Source of the DNA: Anaerolineales bacterium
Lineage (GTDB): Bacteria > Chloroflexota > Anaerolineae > Anaerolineales > E44-bin32
Reading direction: 5' to 3'
Assembly: GCA_036397095.1 (NCBI GenBank)
Contig: DASWJQ010000195.1
Coordinates: 44,070 to 108,069, forward strand
Length of the DNA stretch: 64,000 bases
The first letter of the stretch is position 1, and every line of letters begins with the position of its first letter. Below are positions 37,256 through 45,702 of the stretch, one piece after another. The notes beneath the pieces are model-generated. The model was not told the origin of the DNA, ran no database searches, and worked only from the letters and a program-made list of their open reading frames with translations. The position numbers were made by a program, and so were the translations under genes.

Positions 37256-37298
37256 CCACCAAGACTCTAAGGGCACAAAGGGGTTGATATCCTATCGG
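37256..37298 (+). repeat. CACRAAG-heptad hairpin element, copy 5, left half (interrupted by IS3-family element)
   Basis: CCACCAAGACTCTAAGGGCACAAAGGGG...; the complementary arm resumes at 38632. Confidence 0.7.
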
Positions 37299-37345
37299 TG
37301 GTGCACCCCAATTCTTGGACAGTTATTGTGGTGGACTTTGTGGTG

Positions 37346-38245
37346 CTACGGCCATGGCTGCAGCGTCGCGATATAGATTACCGGTGCTTTGTTCCCAATC
37401 GCTGAGTGTCTTCGTTCGTTGTTATGGTACGCCATCCTTTCCGCAACCACCGCCTGCAGCTCCGCCAGCGAACGGGCGTCTAGCAGCAGTGAGCGATTTT
37501 CGCTCTTGAACCGACTGTTGAAACCCTCCATCTCGGGATTGTCCCGCGCTCCGTGCAGCGCGTAGGAGATGCGGACCCGATCCTTCAGAAGGAGCTGTGA
37601 GGTCCAGCCATAACCTGTGAACACCGGATCCCGGTCATGATGGACAACGAGCCTTTCCGGCGACACACCATATGCCTGTAGTGTTTCCGTCGCCCGAGTC
37701 CAGGCTTGCAGCGCCAGTTCGGTCACCGCACGCTCCCCGACGGCCCAGCCCAAGACCAACTTTGTCGCATGATCGATGATGGGCATCAGTTGGGCCTTTC
37801 GCCGCCCGTTCGCATAGCGGAGCTCGGTGAAGTCCGTGTAGAGCACCTGAAGCGGTCCGATCTGACCCATGCCAGCTACCAGGTTCACCCGATCACCGGC
37901 AATGGCAATCACATGCCGGATCCCGCTCGGTTTCGGGGAACGGGTTCCCCGCATCAAGGGCAGGTCCCACGCTCGGTGCAGTCGCTGGACCACCTTGTGA
38001 TTGACCGTTCGCTCGACGAGTTCCTGCAGTTCGTCTTTCGTGCGCCGGTAGCCGTATTCGGGATGCTTGCGGGCGATGCTCTCCAGCGGCTCCCGTAGAT
38101 CGCGATGCTTGTCCGTGTAGCTGACCTTATCTTGCTGATGGTAGTACCAGGTCGAGCGGGGCAGCCCCAAGGCAGCCAGAACGGCCGGCAGGCCGAAGTC
38201 GCCCCTGGCTTGAGATGCCAGCTGCACCTTGACCTCCGTGGTCAT
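37346..38245 (-). CDS. IS3-family transposase OrfB (DDE integrase core)
   Basis: 299 aa. rve-type catalytic core (YTDFTE..., HHDRDPVFTG..., ...ENRSLL). Frame stays open upstream of the ATG into orfA. Confidence 0.9.
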   Translation of the reverse strand: MTTEVKVQLASQARGDFGLPAVLAALGLPRSTWYYHQQDKVSYTDKHRDLREPLESIARKHPEYGYRRTKDELQELVERTVNHKVVQRLHRAWDLPLMRGTRSPKPSGIRHVIAIAGDRVNLVAGMGQIGPLQVLYTDFTELRYANGRRKAQLMPIIDHATKLVLGWAVGERAVTELALQAWTRATETLQAYGVSPERLVVHHDRDPVFTGYGWTSQLLLKDRVRISYALHGARDNPEMEGFNSRFKSENRSLLLDARSLAELQAVVAERMAYHNNERRHSAIGNKAPVIYIATLQPWP

Positions 38246-38526
38246 CCGTCCTGGCTCAAGAAGTTTTTTAGCAGCGCGATCTCTACTTCCTTCTTTCCCA
38301 GCAAGCGTTCCAGGTCCGCGATGCGCCGTTCATACTCCCGGGCTGTGCTGTCCTGGCGGAAAATATCCTCGCCTCGCTCGATGAGCTGTCGCTTCCAGAG
38401 CAAAACAGAGTTGGGGTGGACCTGATAATGTTTGGCGATCTGCTCAATTGTCTTTTCGCCGGTCAAGGCATCAAGAACTGCCTTCAACTTGATGTCCGGC
38501 GGGTAGGGCTTTGTGCTCTTGGCCAT
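38242..38526 (-). CDS. IS3-family transposase OrfA (HTH + leucine zipper)
   Basis: 94 aa from MAKSTKPYPPDIKLKAV...; pattern typical of the IS3/IS911 OrfA N-terminus. Confidence 0.85.
   Translation of the reverse strand: MAKSTKPYPPDIKLKAVLDALTGEKTIEQIAKHYQVHPNSVLLWKRQLIERGEDIFRQDSTAREYERRIADLERLLGKKEVEIALLKNFLSQDG
38263..38269 (-). promoter_or_regulatory. Candidate programmed -1 ribosomal frameshift heptamer A_AAA_AAC near the end of orfA
   Basis: orfA reads ct-A AAA AAC in zero frame (X_XXY_YYZ). The -1 frame continues ...KKLLEPGRMTTEV into orfB without a stop. Confidence 0.6.
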
Positions 38527-38631
38527 GGCGTGTGCCTCCTTCGTGGCCCAGCCATGCCCGTAGCGTACAACATGTTCGGATTGACTAAGATCCACAAAGT
38601 GCCTGGGTCCAACTTTTGGGGGTCAGCACCA

Positions 38632-38692
38632 TCAGCGAATTCATCCCTTTGTGAACCCAAATGCCCCTTGGTGACCTTGGTGCCTTGGTGGT
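38632..38692 (+). repeat. CACRAAG-heptad hairpin element, copy 5, right half
   Basis: ...CCCTTTGTGAACCCAAATGCCCCTTGGTGACCTTGGTGCCTTGGTGGTT. The tip abuts the lipA stop (38692-38694). Confidence 0.7.
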
Positions 38693-39633
38693 TATCCCCC
38701 GTATAGCTCCTTATGCACCCGGCTCAACGCCCGGACTTGTTTCTCCGCATGGTACGACGAGCGGACCAGGGGCCCGCTTTCCACCCATCGGAAGCCGATT
38801 TGCAGGCCAAAGGTGCGCAACGCATCGAATTCTTCCGGCGTGTAGTAGCGCTCGATTGGCAGATGCTTCTTTGACGGCTGCAGATATTGACCGATCGTCA
38901 AGATGTCGACCCCCCACGAGCGCAGGTCGCGCATGGTTTCCTGAACCTCGTCGAAGGTCTCCCCCAGCCCAACCATGATGCCCGACTTGGTCAGGACGTC
39001 CGGATCCAGTTCCTTGGCATTGCGCAGCGTGGCTTCAGCCCATTGGTAGCGGTCTTGCGGCTGCACTTTGCGGAACAGCCGGCGCACCGTCTCAACATTG
39101 TGATTGAGGATTTCGGGACGGGCCTTCATCACAATGCGCAGTGCTTCGATCGACCCCTTGAAATCGGGGATGAGCACTTCAATCGAGCAGCCCGGCTGCA
39201 GCTGGCGTATGCGCCGTATTACCATGGCAAAGATCGGCGCGCCGCCGTCCGCCCGCTCGTCGCGGTTCACACTGGTAATGACAGCGTGACGCAGGTCCAT
39301 CGCCTGGACCGAGCGGGCAACGCGCTCCGGTTCGAGCCAGTCGAGTGCACCGGGCCGGCCGGTCTTAATGTCGCAGAAACCGCACGACCGAGTGCAGGTG
39401 TCGCCCATCAGCAGGAAGGTGGCGGTGCCGGCGCCCCAGCACTCGCCGATGTTGGGGCAGCGGGCCTCCTCGCAAACGGTATGCAAGGCCTTGGACCGCA
39501 TCATGTCGCGCAGCCATTCGTAGGTCTCGCCGGCCGGTGCCCGCACCTTTATCCACGCAGGCCGGCGCTGCGGTCGGTCGGGTGCGATCTGAATGTCGCT
39601 TTCCGAGATCAGGTTCGAAGCCACGCTACTCAC
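38692..39633 (-). CDS. lipA: Lipoyl synthase
   Basis: 313 aa. Radical-SAM CxxxCxxC ([10 protein letters not shown]) plus N-terminal auxiliary cluster cysteines ([12 protein letters not shown]). Confidence 0.95.
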   Translation of the reverse strand: MSSVASNLISESDIQIAPDRPQRRPAWIKVRAPAGETYEWLRDMMRSKALHTVCEEARCPNIGECWGAGTATFLLMGDTCTRSCGFCDIKTGRPGALDWLEPERVARSVQAMDLRHAVITSVNRDERADGGAPIFAMVIRRIRQLQPGCSIEVLIPDFKGSIEALRIVMKARPEILNHNVETVRRLFRKVQPQDRYQWAEATLRNAKELDPDVLTKSGIMVGLGETFDEVQETMRDLRSWGVDILTIGQYLQPSKKHLPIERYYTPEEFDALRTFGLQIGFRWVESGPLVRSSYHAEKQVRALSRVHKELYGG

Positions 39634-39697
39634 CTTAGATCAATCAGCCACAATCAGCTTCATTCTATCAGCCAGCCTCGCCACGGTTTGAACCCCT

Positions 39698-39818
39698 AAC
39701 CACGAAGTCTCTAAGGACACAAAGGGGTAAGGGGTACACAAAGATTGGTTTCTATCATGGAACTCCCCCTTTGTGACCCCGCTTTTTCTCACTTCGTGTC
39801 CTTCGCGTCTTGGTGGTT
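39698..39818 (+). repeat. CACRAAG-heptad hairpin element, copy 6
   Basis: AACCACGAAGTCTCTAAGGACACAAAGGGGTAAGGGGTACACAAAG ... CCCCCTTTGTGACCCCGCTTTTTCTCACTTCGTGTCCTTCGCGTCTTGGTGGTT. The right tip abuts the stop at 39818-39820. Confidence 0.8.
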
Positions 39819-40747
39819 CACTCACGTAACAACTCGACGCGGCGGAAATCACCCATATCGCGGATAGTCACATCGAGCGATTCCCCCTCGCGCCAATAGC
39901 TGAGCACCACGGCCCCGCTGGACCGGTCTTCTTCGACCAACGTCTGCCAGCCCGCCTGCGGCAGTTGCTGGCGGAAGTGGGCGGAAAGCGCCTCCAGACT
40001 CATCCCAGATTCGAAGGCGACAACGCCGGGCAGGATCACCAGCCGCTGCCGGTCGGCGGGCAAGGGGAGATCGGGCTCGCAGCCCGTGATCGGCTCGATC
40101 GCTTGCGGGCCGAGCTCGATCACCTGATAGCTGCCCGTCAGCCTGCCGTAACCGGCTTCGAAGAAGGGATCCCAGCCCTCGGCTGCCAGGTCGTAGCGCA
40201 GCACGGCCTCGAAGTCCGGTTGGTGCCACAAGCTTACGGTTACGTCCTGCCAACCGTCCAATTCCGCCTGGATCATGACGAAGTGGATCGTGTTCCAGCC
40301 GGCAACCTGCTCCTGGCCGAGGCTGACCAGCGGCTCACGAAAATCGTCAACCGGCAGGACGTCATCCGGCGCCAGGAACTTGACGCTCACATCCAGGTCA
40401 CTTGGATACTGCAGACAGCCCTCGTTGGTGCCCGGCCCGATCATTCGGCTGACCTGCCCATCACTGACCAGGCGCACGTCGCCCGGGTTGCGGGCGCCTT
40501 CGACGCCTTCGATGTGCAGGCTGCGCTCGAGCAGTTGGTCGGAGACACGGGTCGTCACACGATAGAACCAGCTTTGGTCTCCATCGAACTGCAGCCGGAA
40601 CTCAGCCTGATGAGACCCCAGAATGCTGCTGTCCAACCCGCGGTATGCCAGCGGCGGCGCCAGCGTTGGTGTTCCGCCGCCAACTGCCGGCAGCGTGCAG
40701 GCCGCCAGCACCAGTGCAACCAGCAGGATCCAAAGGGCCCGCTTCAC
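39818..40747 (-). CDS. Hypothetical lipoprotein
   Basis: 309 aa from GTG preceded by GGGAGAGG. Signal + lipobox VKRALWILLVALVLAAC. No family recognised. The ORF-track start at 40843 is less likely. Confidence 0.5.
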   Translation of the reverse strand: MKRALWILLVALVLAACTLPAVGGGTPTLAPPLAYRGLDSSILGSHQAEFRLQFDGDQSWFYRVTTRVSDQLLERSLHIEGVEGARNPGDVRLVSDGQVSRMIGPGTNEGCLQYPSDLDVSVKFLAPDDVLPVDDFREPLVSLGQEQVAGWNTIHFVMIQAELDGWQDVTVSLWHQPDFEAVLRYDLAAEGWDPFFEAGYGRLTGSYQVIELGPQAIEPITGCEPDLPLPADRQRLVILPGVVAFESGMSLEALSAHFRQQLPQAGWQTLVEEDRSSGAVVLSYWREGESLDVTIRDMGDFRRVELLRE

Positions 40748-40949
40748 ACAGCCTCTCCCGCACACATTGTTACCAACATACCCGCGTTTGGCGGCCCGGC
40801 ATAGGGCGCTAGGACCAACCTCCCAGCCTCCGGACTGTAACAAACTCCCCCCAATTTCGAATATCTACCTGCCGGCTCACAGCAAAGAGCCGTAGGTTAC
40901 TGATTGCTTCCGGGCGTGAAATCACGCTTGGTACAAACGGAGGGAAACG

Positions 40950-41954
40950 ATGAAACTCAGGAAAACCGGACTGACTCTGCTCACCGTGGCCGTGTTCAGC
41001 CTGGCGGCCTTCTCCGGCGCTATTGCCCAAGAGGGCGAGCCGCCGGCGGCCTGCAGCGGCGACAATGTCGCCGGTACGGTAGTCGCAGTGGATGAGGCCA
41101 GCCAGACGATCACCGTCGAATTGTCGGACGGCACAATGTGCACCGTCCAATTGAGCGCTGGCTACGACCACCCGATCACTTCGCTGCTTGGCACCTACTT
41201 CAATGACATGAGTGCCGAATCACTGGCCGAGGCCCTGGCAGCGCTGCAAGTCAGCCTTGTCTGTCCTGAGGGCGAGGCTTGCAGCCTGGCCGAGGCTGGC
41301 GACGACACCGTCAGCGGCCGAGTGGTGGGCGTCACGGAGGTCGGTGAGGGTCAGTATGAAGTCGAGATTGTGTACAGCAACGCCGAGGGCACGGAAACCA
41401 GCGTGGTGATCCTGGTCGAGGACGCGGCGCAGGCTGCCGCCTGGATGGAGGCGCTGGCCGGGCTCAACGTCGAGTGGATGCTCCGGCTGGGTGATGACGC
41501 CGTGTTCGTGGTTGATGCCGGCGATCAAATCGCCGCGCTCCACGAGGACGGAATGGGGTTTGGCGTGATCGTCAAGCTGATGGCTATGGCCGACGCCGCC
41601 GCCGAGGCTTGCCTGGCAGGTGCTCCTGAAGGACTGGAAGAAGGAGCAGCCGACCCGTGTGCGGTTAGCTTGGAGAGCCTAGTGGCCGCCTTCCAAGGCG
41701 GGACGGGCCTGGGGCAGCTGTTCCAGGAGTTTGGCAAACCCGCTTTGCTCGGCGTGGGCCACATTCGCCAGTTGCTGAATGGCAAGGATCCCGGACCACC
41801 GCCCAACGCCTGCGGTTACTGGTCCAAGCATGGCGACCCCTACGGGACCTGCGGCGGCGCCGAGACCGGTGAGCCGGCCGGGCCGTCAAACAATGGCAAC
41901 GGCCGCGGCAAGCCCCCGTGGGCCGGCCAGCCCGGCGGCCCGCAAGGCGACTAA
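40950..41954 (+). CDS. Hypothetical secreted protein
   Basis: 334 aa. Signal peptide MKLRKTGLTLLTVAVFSLAAFSGAIAQ. Acidic/Ala-rich body and Gly/Pro-rich C-terminus. Confidence 0.5.
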   Translation: MKLRKTGLTLLTVAVFSLAAFSGAIAQEGEPPAACSGDNVAGTVVAVDEASQTITVELSDGTMCTVQLSAGYDHPITSLLGTYFNDMSAESLAEALAALQVSLVCPEGEACSLAEAGDDTVSGRVVGVTEVGEGQYEVEIVYSNAEGTETSVVILVEDAAQAAAWMEALAGLNVEWMLRLGDDAVFVVDAGDQIAALHEDGMGFGVIVKLMAMADAAAEACLAGAPEGLEEGAADPCAVSLESLVAAFQGGTGLGQLFQEFGKPALLGVGHIRQLLNGKDPGPPPNACGYWSKHGDPYGTCGGAETGEPAGPSNNGNGRGKPPWAGQPGGPQGD

Positions 41955-41977
41955 CATACAAGAAGACTAGCTTTCCC

Positions 41978-42009
41978 AAAGGCCGCCCTCCGGGGCGGCC
42001 TTTCTTTTG
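41978..42009 (+). terminator. Rho-independent terminator
   Basis: AAAGGCCGCCC-tccg-GGGCGGCCTTT followed by CTTTTGG, 24 nt after the stop. Confidence 0.8.
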
Positions 42010-42244
42010 GCAAGTGGGCACTCCGCAGACACGAAACGAGCCTGCGGGACCCATTTCTTTCTGATACTTGGGACGGATGTCACCATGGGCACGGGATGCT
42101 TAGCGCTTGGTTCTGGCCCTTGATTCCGCCTATGCTGTGCTTCAATATATACATGCACAGATTTGCACGTTGCAGACCACTCCGGTTGCGCCGGGCGTTT
42201 GGGTCTGCTCGGCGGTCTCTGCAGCCAGGCCCCAGGAGCCTAGT

Positions 42245-43579
42245 ATGAGCAGCCAAAGCCTGACCATGCCCGACACCCGCCAGGAGAGCCCCATGCCGAG
42301 CGACACACTCACGATCACCGACAACCGAACCGGGAAAACCTTCGAAGTGCCGATCGAGCACGACACCATACCGGCCATGAGTTTGCGTCAGATCAAGTTG
42401 AAGGACGAAGACTTTGGCATGATGTCATACGACCCGGCCTACAAGAACACGGCCTCGACTCGCAGCACGATCACGTTTATCGACGGAGATCTGGGCATTC
42501 TGCGCTATCGCGGCTACCCGATCCAGCAGTTGGCCGAGAACAGCTCCTTCCTTGAGGTTGCCTACCTGATCATGTGGGGCGAGCTGCCCAACCAGCAGCA
42601 GCTTGATGATTGGATTGATGAAATCACGCACCACACCTTCTTGCACGAAAACTTACGGGTGCTGATGGAGTCGTTCCGCTACGACGCCAATCCGATGGGC
42701 CAGTTCGTCAGCTCGGTGGCAGCCTTGTCGACTTTTTACGCCGAGGCGTATGACGTACTCGATCCAGAGGCCCGCCGGCGCCAGATTGTGCGCTTGATCG
42801 CCAAGGTGCCGACGATCGCCGCCTTTTCCTATCGCCACAGCCGGGGTCTGCCTTTCGTCTACCCCGACAACGACCTGAGCTACGCCGGCAACTTCCTGAG
42901 CATGATGTACAAGATGTCGGAGGCCAAGTACCAGCCCGATCCGGTAATCGAACGAGCGCTTGATCTGCTGTTCGTGCTGCACGCCGACCACGAGCAAAAC
43001 TGCTCGACCAGCACCATGCGGGCCATCGGCTCCAGCCAGGCCGACCCCTACAGTTCGCTGGCCGGGGCCGCTGCCGCCTTAAGCGGACCCCTTCACGGTG
43101 GCGCCAACGCTGCCGTCCTGCGCATGCTCAATGAGATTGGCGACGCCAAGCGGGTCCCCGAGTATGTAGAGAAGGTCAAGAAAGGCGAGTTCCGCCTGAT
43201 GGGCTTCGGCCATCGCGTCTACAAGAATTACGACCCGCGGGCCGCCATCATCAAACAGGCGGCCGACGAAGTCTTCGAGGTTACCGGCCGCAGCCCGCTG
43301 CTGGACATCGCCGTGGCGTTGGAAAAGACAGCCCTCGAAGACGACTACTTCGTCTCGCGCAAGCTGTATCCCAATGTCGACTTCTACTCGGGGATCATCT
43401 ACCAGGCGCTGGGCATTCCCACAGAGATGTTCCCGGTGATGTTCGCCATTGGCCGGACCGCCGGCTGGTTGGCGCAGTGGCAGGAGATGCTGGAGGACCC
43501 GGAGCAAAAGATTGCCCGGCCGCGCCAGGTATACCTCGGCGCCGACGAGCGGGATTACACGCCGATCAAGAAGCGCTGA
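42245..43579 (+). CDS. gltA: Citrate synthase
   Basis: 444 aa from the ATG preceded by AGGAG. Conserved LHADHEQNCSTS and GFGHRVYKNYDPRA motifs. Confidence 0.92.
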   Translation: MSSQSLTMPDTRQESPMPSDTLTITDNRTGKTFEVPIEHDTIPAMSLRQIKLKDEDFGMMSYDPAYKNTASTRSTITFIDGDLGILRYRGYPIQQLAENSSFLEVAYLIMWGELPNQQQLDDWIDEITHHTFLHENLRVLMESFRYDANPMGQFVSSVAALSTFYAEAYDVLDPEARRRQIVRLIAKVPTIAAFSYRHSRGLPFVYPDNDLSYAGNFLSMMYKMSEAKYQPDPVIERALDLLFVLHADHEQNCSTSTMRAIGSSQADPYSSLAGAAAALSGPLHGGANAAVLRMLNEIGDAKRVPEYVEKVKKGEFRLMGFGHRVYKNYDPRAAIIKQAADEVFEVTGRSPLLDIAVALEKTALEDDYFVSRKLYPNVDFYSGIIYQALGIPTEMFPVMFAIGRTAGWLAQWQEMLEDPEQKIARPRQVYLGADERDYTPIKKR

Positions 43580-43603
43580 CGGTTCAACTCCAGGGAAAAA
43601 CGC

Positions 43604-43638
43604 AACCCGGCATCCGTGTGGATGCCGGGTTTGTGTTG
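43604..43638. terminator. Bidirectional Rho-independent terminator
   Basis: AACCCGGCATC-cgtgtg-GATGCCGGGTT with TGTGTTG on + and a T5 run on - (reverse complement of GGGAAAAACGC). Lies between convergent gltA and 43658..44215. Confidence 0.75.
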
Positions 43639-43657
43639 CTGGGCGTTGTCGTTGCGG

Positions 43658-44215
43658 CTATTGCTCCAGGGTAATCTGGATGCCGATGCCGACCTCGCTG
43701 GCCAGGATGGTGACATAGCCGGACGAATCGGCGCTGCTGATATTGAGAGTCACCTGTTCCCCGACCGGAGTGGTCAGGTTGTCCTGGGAATCGATAGTCC
43801 AGCCACCGGCCGGCAGGCTTTCTTCGAAAGCAGCGACTGCCTCTTCCCAGGTTCCTTGGTATTCAAGGATGGCGTTGACTGTGTTATCCAGCTCGTAGTC
43901 CGAGCTGATGGTCATACTCTCTGGAAGGGGGAACTCGGCCGGAAAGGCGCCCGTTCCCAGGCCTTCATCGAGCCCTTCCAGGATCATTCCTTCCAGGTCG
44001 TCCAGTTCCAAGTCGCCTGAGTCCTCCGGCGTCGGCGTGGCAGCCGAAGAGCCGTCATCCCCGTCCGAGGCAGGCGCCTCTCCTTCCGAACCGCCGAACA
44101 GCGTGCTACAGGCCAGCGAGGCCAAGACCAACGCCGCCAACGTCAAAAATAGTGATCGTCTCACCTGAGGTCTCCTTCTCCGTCCCGGACTGAGAGCCGG
44201 GCACCGCCGCAACAA
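43658..44215 (-). CDS. Hypothetical acidic lipoprotein
   Basis: 185 aa ORF. Lipobox LVLASLAC. True start probably internal. Confidence 0.5.
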   Translation of the reverse strand: MLRRCPALSPGRRRRPQVRRSLFLTLAALVLASLACSTLFGGSEGEAPASDGDDGSSAATPTPEDSGDLELDDLEGMILEGLDEGLGTGAFPAEFPLPESMTISSDYELDNTVNAILEYQGTWEEAVAAFEESLPAGGWTIDSQDNLTTPVGEQVTLNISSADSSGYVTILASEVGIGIQITLEQ

Positions 44216-44274
44216 TGATAGCCGTCATTCTAGGCCTCTCGCCGGGCGACGGCAAGGAGATCCACCAATGTATG

Positions 44275-44336
44275 GACCTCGGAGGTCTACCGATCAGCCG
44301 TCGGGGCGGCGGAGCCTCATATCGACCTCGGAGGTC
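44275..44336. repeat. Two direct copies of the 13-nt palindrome GACCTCGGAGGTC (44275-44287, 44324-44336)
   Basis: Read directly. Both are preceded by ATAT-like context. Same motif (central C) occurs at 7881 and 17966. Confidence 0.7.
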
Positions 44337-44547
44337 AGCTGCACCTGTGTCATTGTGAGTCGTGGCCGAACACACATTCAACACGTAGGGGCGAAGCGCG
44401 ATGCGCCCCTACCACGGACCGTCACTGACAAGGAGCCCCCGGATCCGACAGGCGATCACCACAAGACTCCGTAGATACTATGCAGGGCTGGGGCTGGAAA
44501 GGAGGGGCCGCTGCGTATAAGCTCCAGGAAACCCTTTTAGCAAAGGA

Positions 44548-45702
44548 GTGGAGCCATGCATACGGCAGCGACCCACGTACAGTCTACACCGGATCGGGCC
44601 CTTTTTTCTCGCCTTCGAATTGAGCGAAGCTCACTGGAAGCTCGTGTTCTCGACCGGGATCGGGCAATCGCCAAGACAGCGGGTCATCTCAGCCCGGGAT
44701 TTGAGCGCTTTGGAGCGGGAGATCCGGCTGGCAAAGCAGCGGTTCAAGATTGCGGCAGAGGCGCCGGTTTTCAGCTGTTACGAAGCGGGACGCGATGGAT
44801 TCTGGCTGCACCGCCATCTGGCCTCCAGGGGAATAGAGAACCTGGTGGTGGATTCCTCCAGCATCGAAGTGCCGCGGCGTCACCGGCGACGCAAAACCGA
44901 TCAAATGGACCTGGCCAAACTGATGAAGCTGCTGCTGCGGCATCACGCAGGAGAACGAAAGGTATGGAGTGTGGTTCATGTCCCTGGGGAGGACGATGAA
45001 GACCGGCGCCAGCTGCACCGTGAGCTGGCCACCTTGCGAAAGGGGCGAACAGCACACATCAACCGGATCAAAGGCCTGCTGGCTGCACAGGGCGTGCGGC
45101 TTGCGGTCGGCAAGAACTTCCTCAAAGAAATGGGAGGGGCCCGTACCTGGCGAGGCGAGCCGCTGCCGCCATTTCTGCAGGCCAGGCTCAAGCGGGAGTA
45201 CCAACGCAAGCTGTCCGTTGAAGGCCAGATCGAAGAGATTGAAGCCGAGCGCCTGGCTATCCTGCGCCAGTCAGAAGACCCTTGGGTCCAGATGGCGCGG
45301 GATCTGATGCGGCTGAAGTCGGTCGGCGTCAACAGCGGCTGGACGTTCGTGATGGAGTTCTTCAGCTGGCGCAAGTTCAACAACGCTCGCGAGGTCGGAG
45401 CCCTGGCTGGCGTCACCCCAACCCCCTACCAGAGGGGGGACATGGTCCACGAACTGGGGATGAGCAAGGCCGGCAACGTCTACGTGCGGGCGCTGCTGAT
45501 CCAGATCGCCTGGGCCTGGCTGCGCTACCGGCCGGACAGTGAGCTGAGCCAGTGGTATGCGGAACGCTTTGGTCAGGGTGGCAGCCGGCTGCGCCGCGTG
45601 GCCATCGTGGCGCTGGCACGCAAGCTGTTGATCGCCTTCTGGCGCTACCTGGAGCACGGCGAGATTCCCGCCGGCGCCCAGCTCATGCCGCTATCCCTCT
45701 AG
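44548..45702 (+). CDS. IS110-family transposase (DEDD/RuvC-like + Transposase_20)
   Basis: 384 aa. FLAFELSEAHWKLVF..., SCYEAGRDGFWLHRHL, VVDSSSIEV..RRRKTD, and a C-terminal SKAGN.YVR block, typical of the family from memory. Start ambiguous (see findings). Confidence 0.85.
   Translation: MEPCIRQRPTYSLHRIGPFFLAFELSEAHWKLVFSTGIGQSPRQRVISARDLSALEREIRLAKQRFKIAAEAPVFSCYEAGRDGFWLHRHLASRGIENLVVDSSSIEVPRRHRRRKTDQMDLAKLMKLLLRHHAGERKVWSVVHVPGEDDEDRRQLHRELATLRKGRTAHINRIKGLLAAQGVRLAVGKNFLKEMGGARTWRGEPLPPFLQARLKREYQRKLSVEGQIEEIEAERLAILRQSEDPWVQMARDLMRLKSVGVNSGWTFVMEFFSWRKFNNAREVGALAGVTPTPYQRGDMVHELGMSKAGNVYVRALLIQIAWAWLRYRPDSELSQWYAERFGQGGSRLRRVAIVALARKLLIAFWRYLEHGEIPAGAQLMPLSL
44548..45702 (+). mobile_element. 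IS110-family element; coordinates are only the minimum extent (transposase gene), ends not resolvable
   Basis: The family lacks classical terminal inverted repeats. Non-coding flanks 44337-44547 and 45703-46091 may belong to it. Confidence 0.5.

Larger units (their letters stand above)
37299..38631 (-). mobile_element. IS3-family insertion sequence (about 1.33 kb)
   Basis: Imperfect terminal inverted repeats TGGTGCaccccaattcTTGGAC (37299-) and the reverse complement of GTCCAActtttgggggtcaGCACCA (-38631). orfA + orfB with a frameshift heptamer. Flanks TCGG / TCAG, so no clean target duplication. Confidence 0.8.

Noticed and set aside
38242-38245. IS3 orfA/orfB ATGA overlap as simple translational coupling
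   Set aside because: An in-frame A_AAA_AAC slippery heptamer 20 nt upstream and an open -1 frame fit the usual IS3-family OrfAB frameshift fusion better. Independent OrfB initiation is not excluded.
33079-39818. Hairpin repeats as a CRISPR array
   Set aside because: The copies are 80-135 bp, imperfect, irregularly spaced (0.1-1.5 kb) and separated by ordinary genes. There are no uniform spacers and no cas genes.
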